From: an uncultured Bacteroidales bacterium
GTDB lineage: Bacteria; Bacteroidota; Bacteroidia; Bacteroidales; JAADJA01
Reading direction: 5' to 3'
Length of the DNA stretch: 64,000 nt
Assembly: GCA_963761195.1 (NCBI GenBank)
Contig: CAVXGA010000009.1
Span: 270,747 to 334,746 of the forward strand
In this document: in pieces, positions 40,605 through 52,094 of the stretch
How positions within the stretch are numbered: the first letter of the stretch is position 1
Layout of the letters: each line of letters opens with the position of its first letter
Notes under the pieces: generated by a model
The model's database searches: none
Told to the model about the DNA's origin: nothing
Seen by the model: only the letters and a program-made list of their open reading frames with translations
Made by a program: the position numbers and the translations under genes

Positions 40605-40967
40605 TTAAAATTTAAGTCCTCCTTCTCTGGCAGCTTCAGCTAATGCTTTTACCCTACCGTGATATAAATAACCATTCCGATCAAAAGTAACTGTTCCGAT
40701 GCCAGCTTCTTTAGCTTTTTCGGCAATTGCAGTACCAACTTTTTTTGCTTTTTCAATATTGGTTGATTTTGCAGCAGCTATTTCTTCAACTGCAGAAGAA
40801 GCCGATAATAATGTTTGACCTGCTTTATCATCAATCAATTGAACATAAATTTGCTTGTTACTTCTGAACACAGTCATGCGAGGTCTTTCGGAGGTACCGG
40901 TCACAATTTTCCGGATCCTCATTTTAATCCTGTTCCTTCTGAACTGTTTTCTGTTTTTTGTTGACAT
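40605..40967 (-). CDS. rplR: 50S ribosomal protein L18
   Basis: 120-aa ORF containing [20 protein letters not shown]...[16 protein letters not shown]. Confidence 0.97.
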   Translation of the reverse strand: MSTKNRKQFRRNRIKMRIRKIVTGTSERPRMTVFRSNKQIYVQLIDDKAGQTLLSASSAVEEIAAAKSTNIEKAKKVGTAIAEKAKEAGIGTVTFDRNGYLYHGRVKALAEAAREGGLKF

Positions 40968-40991
40968 TCTTACAAAATTTTATGCATTATT

Positions 40992-41549
40992 TTATTTTTC
41001 GGCTGCAGCTTTTCCTGCTTTCTTCCTGATTACTTCTCCTCTATAGAGTATTCCTTTTCCTTTATAAGGTTCAGGTGGACGCAATGACCTGATTTTCGAA
41101 GCCACCTGACCAAGCAATTGCTTATTGGCAGATTTCATCGTAATCGTTGGGTTTTTACCTCTTTCTGTGAGCGACTCAACATTTATTTCGGCGGGCAATT
41201 CAAAAACGATATTATGCGAATAACCAAGCGCTAATTCCAATACCTGTCCTTTTGCTTCTACCTTATAGCCTACACCAACCAATTCCTGAATTACAGTAAA
41301 TCCTTCTGAAACTCCTTTTATCATATTTGATATCAAAGCCCTGTATAAACCATGTTTTGATTTGTGTTCCTTCGATTCTGTTTCTCTGGCAAGCAACACT
41401 TTTCCGCTATCAACCTTAATGGTGATACCCGGATCAATTTTCTGATGTAACTCACCAAGTTTTCCTTTAACAATGATCAGATTATCCTGTGATAAATCAA
41501 TCTGGACACCGTCCGGAATTGTGATGGGTAATTTTCCTATTCGTGACAT
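40992..41549 (-). CDS. rplF: 50S ribosomal protein L6
   Basis: 185-aa ORF starting MSRIGKLPITIPDGV. Confidence 0.97.
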   Translation of the reverse strand: MSRIGKLPITIPDGVQIDLSQDNLIIVKGKLGELHQKIDPGITIKVDSGKVLLARETESKEHKSKHGLYRALISNMIKGVSEGFTVIQELVGVGYKVEAKGQVLELALGYSHNIVFELPAEINVESLTERGKNPTITMKSANKQLLGQVASKIRSLRPPEPYKGKGILYRGEVIRKKAGKAAAEK

Positions 41550-41567
41550 AATTGCTAAGTCTTCAAA

Positions 41568-41966
41568 TTAACTAATATAACATAAAACCTCGCCGCCAAT
41601 TTTCATTTTCCTGGCGTCTTTATCCGTCATCAGTCCCTGTGATGTAGACAGAATTGCTACACCGAGGCCATTTAAAACACGCGGTAAATTTTCTGCATCT
41701 ACATATTTTCTTAACCCGGGCTTACTTACCCTGGTAAGACTGTTAATCGCAGATAATTTTGTAACCGGATGATATTTCAATGCAATTTTAATAATGCCGG
41801 GTCTTGTACTATCTTCAAACTTAAAATTCAGAATATAGCCTTTATCAAAAAGAATTTTAGTCATTTCTTTTTTAATGTTTGAGGCAGGTATTTCGACCAC
41901 CCGGTGATTTGCCATAACTGCATTCCGAATCCGTGTAAGAAAATCTGCAATTGGATCTGTATTCAT
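41568..41966 (-). CDS. rpsH: 30S ribosomal protein S8
   Basis: 132-aa ORF starting [16 protein letters not shown]. Confidence 0.97.
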   Translation of the reverse strand: MNTDPIADFLTRIRNAVMANHRVVEIPASNIKKEMTKILFDKGYILNFKFEDSTRPGIIKIALKYHPVTKLSAINSLTRVSKPGLRKYVDAENLPRVLNGLGVAILSTSQGLMTDKDARKMKIGGEVLCYIS

Positions 41967-41987
41967 CTCTCTATCTTTAATTATTTA

Positions 41988-42257
41988 TTACCAACTTGCT
42001 TTTTTAACTCCTGGGATTAGTCCCTTTAATGCCATTTCCCGGAAATTAATACGGGAAATCCCGAACTGGCGCATATATCCCTTTGGCCTTCCGCTCAAAT
42101 TACACCTGTTATGCATTCTTACTTTGGCGGAGTCACGGGGAAGTTTTTGCAAACCAATATAATCACCTGCAGCTTTCAATGCTTCTCTTTTTGCGGCATA
42201 GCGTTCGACCATCTTATGTCTTTTCAGTTCCCGCGCTTTCATTGATTCTTTAGCCAT
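41988..42257 (-). CDS. rpsN: 30S ribosomal protein S14
   Basis: 89-aa ORF starting [13 protein letters not shown] and ending ...KKASW. Confidence 0.97.
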   Translation of the reverse strand: MAKESMKARELKRHKMVERYAAKREALKAAGDYIGLQKLPRDSAKVRMHNRCNLSGRPKGYMRQFGISRINFREMALKGLIPGVKKASW

Positions 42258-42819
42258 AGATCTTATTTATTTTGATTTTTAAATGGTAAACCAAATTCTG
42301 TAACAATGCCATACATTCCCTATCCGTTCTTGCTGTAGTCACAAAAGTAATATCCATACCGTTTATGGTATTAATTTTATCAATGTCGATTTCAGGGAAA
42401 ATAATCTGCTCAGTTACACCAAATGTGTAATTTCCTCTTCCATCAAAACCTTTATCATTAATCCCTTTAAAATCGCGGATACGGGGGATAGCAACCGATA
42501 TCAGCCTGTCAAGAAATTCGTACATTTTATCTCCGCGAAGCGTTACCCTGACTCCAACAGGCATTCCTTTTCTTAGTTTGAAATTTGAAATGTCTTTTTT
42601 CGAGCGCGTTGAAACTGCACGTTGTCCGGTAATCATCGTCATTTCTTCGATACCGGTATCAATTTGTTTTTTATCTGTGATAGCTGTGCCCAATCCTTGA
42701 TTTAAACTAATTTTACTCAGTCTGGGAACCTGCATGATGGTTTTATAACCAAATTGCTCTTGCAAAGCAGGGGCTATTTCTTTTCTGTATTTGGCAATTA
42801 ACCTTGGCTTGTATTCCAT
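42250..42819 (-). CDS. rplE: 50S ribosomal protein L5. The C-terminal ~12 residues are out of frame as assembled.
   Basis: 189-aa ORF containing ...[18 protein letters not shown]...PRIRDFKG. After ...ALLQ the assembled frame reads [15 protein letters not shown]. The adjacent frame reads [11 protein letters not shown], the conserved L5 C-terminus, with a stop at 42263-42265. Confidence 0.95.
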   Translation of the reverse strand: MEYKPRLIAKYRKEIAPALQEQFGYKTIMQVPRLSKISLNQGLGTAITDKKQIDTGIEEMTMITGQRAVSTRSKKDISNFKLRKGMPVGVRVTLRGDKMYEFLDRLISVAIPRIRDFKGINDKGFDGRGNYTFGVTEQIIFPEIDIDKINTINGMDITFVTTARTDRECMALLQNLVYHLKIKINKIYG

Positions 42820-43142
42820 TACTTGATTACCTCCCCGGTTTTTTTAGAATATCGAACTATTTTATTTGTCTTCTCGTCTAGCTTCTTTCCTATTCTGGTA
42901 GCATTTCCAGCACTATCAATAATTTTCAGGTTCGAAATGTGGATCGGAGCTTCTTTTTTAATGATGCCTCCCTTTGGGTTCGTCGCATTGGGTTTAGTGT
43001 TTTTTGAAACCATGTTTACACCTTCAACAATGACTCTGTATTTATCCACATCAACGACAAGGACCTTTCCCTGCTGACCTTTGGAGTCACCGGCAATGAC
43101 TTTCACATTGTCCCCTTTTTTTATATTTAATTTCTTTGGCAT
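42819..43142 (-). CDS. rplX: 50S ribosomal protein L24
   Basis: 107-aa ORF containing [20 protein letters not shown] (KOW motif). Confidence 0.97.
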   Translation of the reverse strand: MPKKLNIKKGDNVKVIAGDSKGQQGKVLVVDVDKYRVIVEGVNMVSKNTKPNATNPKGGIIKKEAPIHISNLKIIDSAGNATRIGKKLDEKTNKIVRYSKKTGEVIK

Positions 43143-43153
43143 GATTTATCAAT

Positions 43154-43522
43154 TTAGAGCACTTCGGGTGCCAGTGATACAATCTTCATGTATTGTTTTT
43201 CTCTGAGTTCCCTGGCAACAGGGCCAAAAATCCGGGTTCCGATCATTTCGCCTGCATTGTTAAGCAGAACAACTGCATTATCGTCGAACCGGATGTATGA
43301 TCCATCCTGCCTTCTGTTCTCTTTGCTTGTCCTAACAATAACAGCCTTTGATACAGTACCTTTTTTTATATTTCCGGAGGGTAATGCATTTTTTACGGTT
43401 ACAACAATTTTGTCACCAATTGTGGCATACCTTTTCTTGGTACCACCAAGTACCCTGATGCAAAGAACTTCTTTTGCACCGCTGTTGTCGGCTACCGCCA
43501 ATCTTGATTCCTGTTGTATCAT
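43154..43522 (-). CDS. rplN: 50S ribosomal protein L14
   Basis: 122-aa ORF starting [19 protein letters not shown]. Confidence 0.97.
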   Translation of the reverse strand: MIQQESRLAVADNSGAKEVLCIRVLGGTKKRYATIGDKIVVTVKNALPSGNIKKGTVSKAVIVRTSKENRRQDGSYIRFDDNAVVLLNNAGEMIGTRIFGPVARELREKQYMKIVSLAPEVL

Positions 43523-43524
43523 GG

Positions 43525-43782
43525 TTATTTTGCCCTTTCAATAATTTCAACTAATCTCCAGCACTTATTTTTACTCAATGGCCGGGTTTCCATAATGCGC
43601 ACAGTATCCCCAACGTGGCATTCATTTTTTTCATCATGTGCCATAAATTTGGTAGTTCTTTTAAGAAACTTACCATACATGGGATGCTTAACTTTACGTT
43701 CGACCACAACAGCGATGGACTTATTCATTTTATTGCTGACAACAAGGCCTACCCTCTCTTTTCTTAATTTCCTTGTTTCCAT
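43525..43782 (-). CDS. rpsQ: 30S ribosomal protein S17
   Basis: 85-aa ORF containing [19 protein letters not shown]...AHDE. Confidence 0.97.
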   Translation of the reverse strand: METRKLRKERVGLVVSNKMNKSIAVVVERKVKHPMYGKFLKRTTKFMAHDEKNECHVGDTVRIMETRPLSKNKCWRLVEIIERAK

Positions 43783-43997
43783 TAATTAATTTCGCTTTTA
43801 TATTGTTTTTCAAGCTCTCTCTTTCTCAATTCAGTTTTAATCCGCGCAATAGTTTTGCGATACGCTTTTATTTTGTTCGGATTTTCCAATGGAGACACTG
43901 CATGATTAAGCCTTAGCTTCACCAACTGCTTAGATTCTTCCTCAAGACGCTCTATAAGCTCAGGGGTCGAAAGTTCTTTAATTACTTCTTGTTCCAT
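43782..43997 (-). CDS. rpmC: 50S ribosomal protein L29
   Basis: 71-aa ORF at the conserved position between rplP and rpsQ. Confidence 0.9.
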   Translation of the reverse strand: MEQEVIKELSTPELIERLEEESKQLVKLRLNHAVSPLENPNKIKAYRKTIARIKTELRKRELEKQYKSEIN

Positions 43998-44002
43998 TTT
44001 AA

Positions 44003-44431
44003 TTATATTGTTTCTTCAATGTAATCTCTTCTGACTACAAATTTTGTTTTTACAGGTAATTTCTGTGCAGCAAGCCTAAGTGCTTCTTTTGCTACAACCA
44101 GCGAAACACCTTCTGCTTCAAATAATATCCGTCCCGGACTCACAGGGGCCACAAACCCTTCGGGTGCTCCTTTACCTTTTCCCATTCGCACTTCAGCCGG
44201 CTTTTTGGTGATGGGCTTATCGGGGAATATCCTGATCCAAATTTGTCCTTCTCGTTTCATATGCCTGGTCACGGCCTGACGGGCAGCTTCAATTTGCCTT
44301 CCTGTTATCCACGACTCCTCAAGGGTTTTAATTCCAAATGAACCAAAAGCAAGCTGGTTGCCTCTCATGGAATTACCTTTCATTTTTCCCTTTTGCTGTT
44401 TCCTGAATTTTGTTTTCTTTGGTTGTAACAT
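44003..44431 (-). CDS. rplP: 50S ribosomal protein L16
   Basis: 142-aa ORF starting [15 protein letters not shown]. Confidence 0.97.
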   Translation of the reverse strand: MLQPKKTKFRKQQKGKMKGNSMRGNQLAFGSFGIKTLEESWITGRQIEAARQAVTRHMKREGQIWIRIFPDKPITKKPAEVRMGKGKGAPEGFVAPVSPGRILFEAEGVSLVVAKEALRLAAQKLPVKTKFVVRRDYIEETI

Positions 44432-44464
44432 TATCTATACAATTGTAATGATTCCACCTAATTA

Positions 44465-45184
44465 TTATCTTCTTCTCCGTTTTGGCTTCTGAGCTCCCTG
44501 CATGCCACCTTGCTGAGGTTTTTTACTGTCCTGTGTAAAACTCGCTGTCAGGTCCTGCTTGCCATATAATTCACCTTTACAGATCCAAACTTTAACACCA
44601 ATTATACCATATGAAGTGCGTGCTTCAATCATTGCATAATCAATATCTGCACGTAACGTATGCAATGGAATACGGCCTTCCTTGTAAAGCTCAGCTCTGG
44701 CCATTTCAGCGCCACCGAGTCTACCTGAAATAAGAACTTTAATTCCTTCCGCACCAATTCGCATTGTAGATGCTATAGCTGTTTTTATTGCCCTGCGGTA
44801 TGATACTCTTCCTTCTATCTGTCGTGCAATAGCATTTCCTACAATTACGGCATCCAGTTCCGGACGTTTTATTTCAGAAATGTTGATTTGAATTTCTTTT
44901 TTTGTAAGCTTCTTGAGTTCTTCCTTCAGCTTGTCTACTTCCTGCCCACCTTTACCAATAATAATTCCCGGGCGTGCAGTAAAAATTGTAACGGTTACAA
45001 GTTTCAATGTCCGTTCGATAAGAATCTTGGATATTCCGGCTTTCGATAACCTGGCATTGAGGTACTTTCTGATCTGATCATCTTCAAGTATCTTTTGCTC
45101 ATAATTTCTGCCGCCATACCAGTTGGAATCCCAACCACGGATGATTCCTAATCTAAGGCCTATCGGATTTGTTTTTTGTCCCAT
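44465..45184 (-). CDS. rpsC: 30S ribosomal protein S3
   Basis: 239-aa ORF starting [14 protein letters not shown]. Confidence 0.97.
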   Translation of the reverse strand: MGQKTNPIGLRLGIIRGWDSNWYGGRNYEQKILEDDQIRKYLNARLSKAGISKILIERTLKLVTVTIFTARPGIIIGKGGQEVDKLKEELKKLTKKEIQINISEIKRPELDAVIVGNAIARQIEGRVSYRRAIKTAIASTMRIGAEGIKVLISGRLGGAEMARAELYKEGRIPLHTLRADIDYAMIEARTSYGIIGVKVWICKGELYGKQDLTASFTQDSKKPQQGGMQGAQKPKRRRR

Positions 45185-45199
45185 TAATACGTATTTATT

Positions 45200-45616
45200 T
45201 TATGCTTTAATTCCTTTTTCAATAGTTACATTATCAACGATCAACGTTACGTGGTTCGACCGTTTGCGGACGCGGAAAGCTCTTCCCTGGGGAGCAGTCT
45301 GAATACGTTTCAGCATCCTTCCGCCATCCACGGAAATTTCTTTAACATGCAGATGTGCATCCTCTATCCGAACACCTTCATTTTTCGCTTGCCAGTTGGC
45401 AATCGCCGTAAGTAATAATTTATGTAATCTGGCAGAAGCTTCCAGCGGTGAATGTTTCATAATATGCAATGCCTTTTCAACTTCTATACCTCTAATCAGC
45501 CCAGCAGCCAACCTCATTTTCCTGGGCGAAGTCGGGCAATTGTTGAGTTTTGCAAAGGCAATTTTTTTCTTTGCCTTTTTTAAATCTTCCGCACTTTGTC
45601 GTTTTCTGGCTCCCAT
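45200..45616 (-). CDS. rplV: 50S ribosomal protein L22
   Basis: 138-aa ORF containing ...[14 protein letters not shown]. Confidence 0.95.
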   Translation of the reverse strand: MGARKRQSAEDLKKAKKKIAFAKLNNCPTSPRKMRLAAGLIRGIEVEKALHIMKHSPLEASARLHKLLLTAIANWQAKNEGVRIEDAHLHVKEISVDGGRMLKRIQTAPQGRAFRVRKRSNHVTLIVDNVTIEKGIKA

Positions 45617-45644
45617 TTTCTCAAATATTTAAACTTTTCTATTA

Positions 45645-45923
45645 TTACTTTTTGCCTTTATCCTTATTTCCGGCATGTCCTCTGAAAATCCGTGTGGGAG
45701 CAAACTCTCCCAGTTTATGGCCTACCATGTTTTCAGTAATGTACACCGGAATAAATTTATTTCCGTTATGAACAGCAATCGTTTGTCCGACAAAATCCGG
45801 AGAAATCATTGATGCTCTGGACCAGGTTTTAATTACACTTTTTCTCTTTTGCTCGAGATTCTGCAACACCTTTTTTTCCAGTTTATAATGGATATATGGT
45901 CCTTTTTTTAGCGATCGGCTCAT
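45645..45923 (-). CDS. rpsS: 30S ribosomal protein S19
   Basis: 92-aa ORF containing [11 protein letters not shown]...[24 protein letters not shown]. Confidence 0.97.
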   Translation of the reverse strand: MSRSLKKGPYIHYKLEKKVLQNLEQKRKSVIKTWSRASMISPDFVGQTIAVHNGNKFIPVYITENMVGHKLGEFAPTRIFRGHAGNKDKGKK

Positions 45924-45935
45924 ACTTTTAATGTA

Positions 45936-46760
45936 TTATTTTTTTCTTCTTTCTATGATATATTTATCAGATGCTTTTTTCTTGCTGCGGGTTTTATATC
46001 CCTTTGCAGGCATACCTTTACGTGATCGCGGATGACCACCTGATGCACGACCTTCACCGCCACCCATAGGATGATCAACCGGATTCATAACAACACCCCT
46101 GGTCCTGGGCCGACGACCCAGCCATCTGCTTCGACCGGCTTTACCGGAAACCTCCAGACTATGATCTGTATTTGATACCATACCAATGGTTGCCCTGCAT
46201 GATTGAAGTATCATTCTTGTTTCACCCGAAGGAAGTTTCAGAACTGCAAATTTTCCATCGCGTGACATAAGTTGAGCATAGGATCCTGCACTTCTTGCCA
46301 TTTTGGCTCCCTGGCCCGGACGCAATTCCACATTGTGAATAATAGTACCAAACGGAATTTCACTTAGGTATAATGTATTTCCAACATCAGGGGATATCCC
46401 TTTTCCTGATAAAACTTTTTGGCCGACTTTCAATCCATTGGGTGCAATGATGTAACGTTTTTCACCATCCGTATACGTCAGGAGTGCTATACGAGCAGTC
46501 CTGTTGGGATCATACTCAATAGTTTTAACTGTGGCCGGAATGCCTTCTTTATCCCTTTTGAAATCAATAATTCTAAACTTTTGTTTATGACCACCACCTA
46601 CATATCGAATGGTCATTCTACCTTCGTTATTTCTACCGCCTGACTTTTTCATAGGTGCCAGTAAACTCTTTTCAGGTTTATTGGTAGTAACTTCATCAAA
46701 CGCACTAATTAGCTTAAAGCGTTGACCAGATGTTGTCGGTTTGAATTTTTTTAAAGCCAT
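45936..46760 (-). CDS. rplB: 50S ribosomal protein L2
   Basis: 274-aa ORF containing [14 protein letters not shown]...[13 protein letters not shown]. Confidence 0.97.
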   Translation of the reverse strand: MALKKFKPTTSGQRFKLISAFDEVTTNKPEKSLLAPMKKSGGRNNEGRMTIRYVGGGHKQKFRIIDFKRDKEGIPATVKTIEYDPNRTARIALLTYTDGEKRYIIAPNGLKVGQKVLSGKGISPDVGNTLYLSEIPFGTIIHNVELRPGQGAKMARSAGSYAQLMSRDGKFAVLKLPSGETRMILQSCRATIGMVSNTDHSLEVSGKAGRSRWLGRRPRTRGVVMNPVDHPMGGGEGRASGGHPRSRKGMPAKGYKTRSKKKASDKYIIERRKK

Positions 46761-46765
46761 TTATC

Positions 46766-47056
46766 TTAAATATTGCTGTAAAAATCAATTGTTTCCCCTT
46801 CGGCTAATGTAACGATAGCCTTTTTATACGCATTGGTTCTTCCGGTAATTGCCCCGGCCTTTGTGAACCTGGATTTCTTCTTTCCGGAATAATTCATCGT
46901 ATTGACAGTATCCACATCTACTCCGTATAGTTCTTTCACTGCTTTTTTAATCTGCAGTTTATTTGCTTTTTTATGAACTATAAAACCATAGCGATTCATT
47001 TTTTCGCCTACTGCTGTCATTTTCTCTGTAATTACCGGCTTAATAATGATATTCAT
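46766..47056 (-). CDS. rplW: 50S ribosomal protein L23
   Basis: 96-aa ORF at the conserved position, containing IIKPVITEK. Confidence 0.95.
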   Translation of the reverse strand: MNIIIKPVITEKMTAVGEKMNRYGFIVHKKANKLQIKKAVKELYGVDVDTVNTMNYSGKKKSRFTKAGAITGRTNAYKKAIVTLAEGETIDFYSNI

Positions 47057-47070
47057 TGTGTCGCTATTAA

Positions 47071-47706
47071 TTATGATTTAACTGTATGAATTTTTTCGAT
47101 TTCCTGAAGTGAGCTTTCGGCAATTAAAATGCTGTTCGCATTTAAAACATCATAGGTATGAATATCGGATGCACTGACGATCTTCGTTTTCTGCAGGTTT
47201 CTTGAGGACAAGTAAAGATTTTTTTCTGTTCCTTTAAGAACCAATAAAACCTTCTTATTCTGTAATTCAAAATTTTTAAGGATTTCAACAAACTTTTTAG
47301 TCTGAGGTACATCGAAACTAAAATCTTCAATAACGATGATGCTGTTTTCTTTGGCTTTATAAGTTAAGGCAGATTTCCGGGCCAGTTTTTTAACTTTTTT
47401 ATTCAGCTTAAAGCCATAGTCTCGGGGTTCCGGACCGAATATTCTTCCGCCTCCTTTAAACAATGGATTTTTGATATCCCCGAAACGGGCCGTGCCTGTT
47501 CCTTTTTGCCTTTTAATCTTTTTTGTACTGCCTGTAACCTCGCCTCTTTCCTTCGATTTGTGAGTTCCCTGGCGATGGTTAGCCATATATTGCTTAACAT
47601 CAAGGTATATGGCATGGTCATTCGGCTCAATACCAAAAATATTGTCATCCAGCTTAACTTTTTTAGCTGTTTTCTGACCACTTGTGTTATAAACTTCTAA
47701 CTCCAT
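47071..47706 (-). CDS. rplD: 50S ribosomal protein L4
   Basis: 211-aa ORF containing ...[28 protein letters not shown]. Confidence 0.97.
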   Translation of the reverse strand: MELEVYNTSGQKTAKKVKLDDNIFGIEPNDHAIYLDVKQYMANHRQGTHKSKERGEVTGSTKKIKRQKGTGTARFGDIKNPLFKGGGRIFGPEPRDYGFKLNKKVKKLARKSALTYKAKENSIIVIEDFSFDVPQTKKFVEILKNFELQNKKVLLVLKGTEKNLYLSSRNLQKTKIVSASDIHTYDVLNANSILIAESSLQEIEKIHTVKS

Positions 47707-48326
47707 CTTTCAAGTATTACATATGAACCATTAGAACCTGGAACAGATCCTTTAACAAGAATAATGTTTTTTTCAGGAATTATTTTCATCACTTTAAGGT
47801 TGATCATTTTCACCCTTCCATCTCCCATATGTCCGGCCATTCGCATTCCTTTAAAAACTCTGGACGGCCAAGAAGAAGCACCAATTGAACCGGGAGCACG
47901 AAGCCTGTTGTGTTGACCATGAGTTGAATCTCCAACACCAGCAAAGTTATGGCGACGAACCACACCCTGAAACCCTTTACCTTTTGTCGTACCAACAACA
48001 TCGATGAATTCGCCTTCGATAAACACATCGACACCCAAAATATCACCAAACTTCTTTTGATGACCTTCTTCAAAACGGGTAAATTCCGCAATAACTTTTT
48101 TCGGGGCAACCCCTGCTTTTGCGAAATGTCCTTTTAATGCTTTGGTTGTATGTTTATCCTTTTTGTCATCATAAGCAATCTGTATGGCTTCATAGCCATC
48201 TGTCGCTTTGGTTTTGACTTGCGTAACAATGCATGGACCCGCAGTAATAACAGTACATGGAATATTTTTCCCGTCTGCATCAAAAATGCTGGTCATGCCT
48301 ACTTTTTTTCCGATAATACCTGACAT
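47697..48326 (-). CDS. rplC: 50S ribosomal protein L3
   Basis: 209-aa ORF containing [15 protein letters not shown]...[13 protein letters not shown]. Confidence 0.97.
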   Translation of the reverse strand: MSGIIGKKVGMTSIFDADGKNIPCTVITAGPCIVTQVKTKATDGYEAIQIAYDDKKDKHTTKALKGHFAKAGVAPKKVIAEFTRFEEGHQKKFGDILGVDVFIEGEFIDVVGTTKGKGFQGVVRRHNFAGVGDSTHGQHNRLRAPGSIGASSWPSRVFKGMRMAGHMGDGRVKMINLKVMKIIPEKNIILVKGSVPGSNGSYVILERWS

Positions 48327-48374
48327 TTGACTATCTCTTTTATTAGTTCTTTATCCTACTGTCTTCCTGATTAT

Positions 48375-48680
48375 TTATACTTTTATCTCCACTTCCACCC
48401 CGCTTGGCAATTCCAGTTTCATTAAAGCGTCAATAGTTTTTGTTGTGGAACTATAAATATCAAGCAGTCTTTTGTAAGAGCATAACTGGAATTGCTCCCT
48501 TGATTTTTTGTTAACAAAGGTAGACCTGTTAACAGTGTAAATTTTCTTATTTGTTGGAAGTGGTATAGGACCGCTAACAACCGCTCCCGTTGTTTTTACT
48601 GTTTTTACGATCTTTTCGGCAGATTTATCTACCAGATTATGATCGTATGATTTAAGTTTAATTCTTATTCTTTGACTCAC
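48375..48680 (-). CDS. rpsJ: 30S ribosomal protein S10
   Basis: 101-aa ORF starting [14 protein letters not shown]. Confidence 0.97.
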   Translation of the reverse strand: MSQRIRIKLKSYDHNLVDKSAEKIVKTVKTTGAVVSGPIPLPTNKKIYTVNRSTFVNKKSREQFQLCSYKRLLDIYSSTTKTIDALMKLELPSGVEVEIKV

Positions 48681-48696
48681 GTTACATAAATTTATA

Positions 48697-50802
48697 TTAA
48701 ACAGTAACCAAATATCCTTTTATTTTATAAATAACATTTTCCTGAACTTCCTTTGGTGCTGCGGCATAATTTGAAAATTCAAGACTTGATGTCGCCCGGC
48801 CCGAAGTGATTGTCCGCAAAGTTGTAACATAGCCAAACATTTCTGCTAAGGGTACTTTTGCCTTCACAATCTGATATCTTACTTTCGATTCGACATTTTC
48901 CACATGACCTCTGCGTTTATTCAAATCGCTTGTAATATCACCCAGATAAATATCCGGTGTAACAACCTCAAGTTTCATGATTGGTTCTAATACCACCGGT
49001 TTTGCTTTTTTACAGGCTTCTCTGAATGCTTTGTTTGCAACAATTTCAAATGCAAGCTGGTCGCTATCTACCGTATGGTATGAACCACCAAGAAGTCTAA
49101 CTTTCAGATTTTCCATAGGAAATCCAAGCAAAACACCATTGGACATGGCAGCCTTAAATCCCTTTTCGATGGAAGGTATAAATTCCTTAGGAATGATACC
49201 TCCTTTTGTATCATTAATAAACTGCAGCCCTTTTATATTGGTATCTGCTGGTCCTACTTCAACAGTGATTTCTGCAAATTTCCCTCTGCCTCCGCTTTGT
49301 TTTTTATAAACTTCAGTATGAGTTACCACTGCAGAAAGCGCTTCTTTATAAGCAACGGTAGGATTACCGTGATTGCACTCAATTTTAAATTCTCTTGAAA
49401 GCCTGTCGAGGATCACATCCAAATGAAGCTCTCCCATTCCACTAATAATGGTCTGTCCGGTATCTTCATCAATAATAACTGTGAAGGTCGGATCTTCTTC
49501 CGCCATTTTCCTTAGCGCATTGGTGAGTTTGTCAAAATCGTCCTGTGTTTTAGGTTCGACAGCCATTTTTATCACCGGTTCGGGAAAAGTCATTGATTCC
49601 AATACAACAGGATGCTGAGGGGAACAAAGCGTATCACCTGTGCGAATCTCTTTAAATCCAACGGCTGCTCCAATATCGCCTGCTTCAATAAGTTTGAGAG
49701 GCTTTTGTTTATTGGCATGCATTTGCAACAGTCGCATAATCCGTTCTTTCTTATTTGTATTGGAGTTGAGAATAACTTCTCCAGCTTCCAGTTTACCGGA
49801 ATAAACTCTGAAAAACGCTATTCGGCCAACAAAAGGATCCGTTGCAATTTTAAATGCGAGGGCAGCAAAGGGTTCATTAGCATCCGCATGTTTTACAACC
49901 TCTTTTTCAGTGAACGGATTAATACCCACAATGGCTTTGACATCAGTAGGATCAGGGAGGTAAGAAACAATGGCATTCAATAAAAGCTGAACGCCTTTAT
50001 TTTTAAAGGATGAACCGCACAACACAGGTGTCGCACGCATTTCAAGAGTAGCTTTTCGCAACGAATCGATAATGTCTTTTTCGGTAATTGATCCCGGATT
50101 TGCTATGTATTTTGAAAATAATTCTTCATTTTCTTCGGCAGCTCCTTCAATCAATGCTTTTCTGTATTCAGTAACCTGCTCCTGTAATTCTTCAGGAATC
50201 GGAACCTCGAAGTATTCCTTTCCAAGTGATTCAGCATTCCATTTATACGCTTTGTTAGCAACCAGGTCGATGATACCGTCGAAATCGTCTTCCGAACCAA
50301 TTGGGATTTGAACAGGAATAGGGTTCGCACCAAGTTTATCTTTCATTTCAGCAATTACCCTGAAAAAATCAGCTCCGGCTCGATCCATTTTATTCACATA
50401 ACAAATACGCGGTACATGATATTTATCGGCCTGTTTCCAGACTGTTTCCGACTGGGGTTCAACGCCACCAACAGCACAAAAAATTGCAATGGAACCATCA
50501 AGAACTCTTAGTGACCTTTCAACTTCAACTGTAAAATCAACGTGACCTGGGGTATCTATAATATTAATTCTGTATTCTTCATTCTGATAGTTCCAGAAAA
50601 CAGTGGTAGCTGCTGAAGTAATTGTAATCCCGCGTTCCTGCTCCTGCACCATCCAATCCATTGTGGCAGTGCCGTCGTGTACTTCACCAATACGGTAATT
50701 GATGCCGGTATAGTACAATATACGCTCCGTCGTCGTGGTTTTTCCCGCGTCGATATGCGCCATAATGCCGATGTTACGAATATGTGTTAACCGATCTGAC
50801 AT
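48697..50802 (-). CDS. fusA: Elongation factor G
   Basis: 701-aa ORF containing [26 protein letters not shown] and DTPGHVDF. Confidence 0.97.
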   Translation of the reverse strand: MSDRLTHIRNIGIMAHIDAGKTTTTERILYYTGINYRIGEVHDGTATMDWMVQEQERGITITSAATTVFWNYQNEEYRINIIDTPGHVDFTVEVERSLRVLDGSIAIFCAVGGVEPQSETVWKQADKYHVPRICYVNKMDRAGADFFRVIAEMKDKLGANPIPVQIPIGSEDDFDGIIDLVANKAYKWNAESLGKEYFEVPIPEELQEQVTEYRKALIEGAAEENEELFSKYIANPGSITEKDIIDSLRKATLEMRATPVLCGSSFKNKGVQLLLNAIVSYLPDPTDVKAIVGINPFTEKEVVKHADANEPFAALAFKIATDPFVGRIAFFRVYSGKLEAGEVILNSNTNKKERIMRLLQMHANKQKPLKLIEAGDIGAAVGFKEIRTGDTLCSPQHPVVLESMTFPEPVIKMAVEPKTQDDFDKLTNALRKMAEEDPTFTVIIDEDTGQTIISGMGELHLDVILDRLSREFKIECNHGNPTVAYKEALSAVVTHTEVYKKQSGGRGKFAEITVEVGPADTNIKGLQFINDTKGGIIPKEFIPSIEKGFKAAMSNGVLLGFPMENLKVRLLGGSYHTVDSDQLAFEIVANKAFREACKKAKPVVLEPIMKLEVVTPDIYLGDITSDLNKRRGHVENVESKVRYQIVKAKVPLAEMFGYVTTLRTITSGRATSSLEFSNYAAAPKEVQENVIYKIKGYLVTV

Positions 50803-50843
50803 TTTTCTGTACTATACTATATAATTATAATCTTATTTATTAA

Positions 50844-51311
50844 TTAAAACCTGAAATGAGAGAAAGCTTTATTGGCTTCTGCCATTCGGTGCGTATCTTC
50901 TTTTTTCTTAAATGCACTGCCCTCTTCTTTGTATGCCGCCATTATTTCACCCGCCAGTTTTTGTGCCATCGATTTTTCGTGGCGTTTCCGTGCAAAACCA
51001 ATCAGGTTTTTCATACCAATTGACATTTTTCTTCCCGGCCTGATTTCCGAAGGGATCTGAAATGTAGCTCCACCAATCCTTCTGCTTCTTACTTCAACAT
51101 TGGGTGTGACATTAGTTAATGCTTTTTTCCAGACTTCCAGTCCGTCTTCTTCCATTTTTTCGTTCACAATGTCCATAGCTTCATAAAAAATAGCATAAGA
51201 GTTATTTTTCTTTCCGCTGTACATGAGATTATTCACGAACTTAGTCACCAACGTATCGTTAAACTTTGGATCAGGAAGAATAATTCTTTTTTTCGGTCTC
51301 GCTTTTCTCAT
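50844..51311 (-). CDS. rpsG: 30S ribosomal protein S7
   Basis: 155-aa ORF starting [19 protein letters not shown]. Confidence 0.97.
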   Translation of the reverse strand: MRKARPKKRIILPDPKFNDTLVTKFVNNLMYSGKKNNSYAIFYEAMDIVNEKMEEDGLEVWKKALTNVTPNVEVRSRRIGGATFQIPSEIRPGRKMSIGMKNLIGFARKRHEKSMAQKLAGEIMAAYKEEGSAFKKKEDTHRMAEANKAFSHFRF

Positions 51312-51341
51312 TTTATTTTGAGCTTAAATGCAATAAATCAA

Positions 51342-51719
51342 TTACTTTTTCTTTGGTTGTTTTGTACCGTATTTTGACCTTCTCTGTGTTCTGCCTTCCA
51401 CTCCTGAAGTATCCAGAGCACCTCTGATAATGTGATACCTTACACCCGGCAGGTCCTTGACTCTTCCACCACGGATTAAAACAATAGAGTGTTCCTGCAA
51501 GTTATGACCTTCACCCGGTATATAAGCATTTACCTCCTTACCATTTGTCAGTCTAACCCTGGCAACCTTTCTCATAGCAGAGTTTGGTTTTTTTGGTGTT
51601 GTCGTATAAACCCTTACACACACACCTCTTCTCTGTGGACAAGAATCCAGTGCGGGAGATTTACTTTTACTTGTAAGTTTCTGTCTACCTTTTTTAACTA
51701 ATTGCTGTATCGTAGGCAT
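51342..51719 (-). CDS. rpsL: 30S ribosomal protein S12
   Basis: The canonical N-terminus [13 protein letters not shown] begins at the Met at 51719. The 18-aa upstream extension in the ORF track (to 51773) is not S12-like. Confidence 0.95.
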   Translation of the reverse strand: MPTIQQLVKKGRQKLTSKSKSPALDSCPQRRGVCVRVYTTTPKKPNSAMRKVARVRLTNGKEVNAYIPGEGHNLQEHSIVLIRGGRVKDLPGVRYHIIRGALDTSGVEGRTQRRSKYGTKQPKKK

Positions 51720-51770
51720 ATCAAGCTGTTTATTAAATATTTTATCATTAAATCCCTTAAAACGGGAGCG

Positions 51771-51778
51771 CAAAAGTA
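51771..51778 (-). promoter_or_regulatory. -7 promoter box TACTTTTG (minus strand) upstream of rpsL
   Basis: Matches TAnnTTTG and lies about 52 nt upstream of the rpsL ATG. A TTTG lies about 15 nt further upstream. Confidence 0.45.
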
Positions 51779-52023
51779 TAAATTATTTTATTACAAAATA
51801 CTTATCACTTCTAAATAATTAACATTAAATTGTTAATTAAGATTTTAAAAATATGAAACCTGGAAATACAACAAAGGTGAGATAATCAAGACGCGCTTGT
51901 AAATGTACTTAAATTTAATGGTTTACCATTATAAATTACAAGCCGGAACCTTTAGTTGTCTTAATTTGTCAGGTTTCCTTATTTCTATTAAATAAAATTA
52001 CAGAACGTATACTAAAGCGGGTG

Positions 52024-52031
52024 CAAAAGTA
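52024..52031 (-). promoter_or_regulatory. Second, near-identical TACTTTTG box about 250 nt upstream of the rpsL promoter
   Basis: Its context, GCGGGTGCAAAAGTACAATTTATTTTA, closely resembles ACGGGAGCGCAAAAGTATAAATTATTTTA at 51760-51790. Confidence 0.3.
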
Positions 52032-52094
52032 CAATTTATTTTAACAAATCAAATTTTTTATAAAAATAATTTTTTTATAGGCTCGGATGTGACT

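Noticed and set aside
33658-51311. Many 60-120-aa ORFs in the track overlap or lie antisense to ribosomal protein, secY, fusA and rpoA genes (for example 39426..39779, 40163..40531, 43188..43544, 48977..49309, 49612..49983).
   Set aside because: They lie entirely inside strongly conserved genes read in another frame or strand. Their composition is low-complexity and typical of off-frame translation, so they are not credible genes.
51720-51773. An 18-codon N-terminal extension of rpsL in the ORF track ([18 protein letters not shown]).
   Set aside because: The canonical S12 N-terminus MPTIQQL starts at 51719. The extension would also overlap the predicted promoter box.
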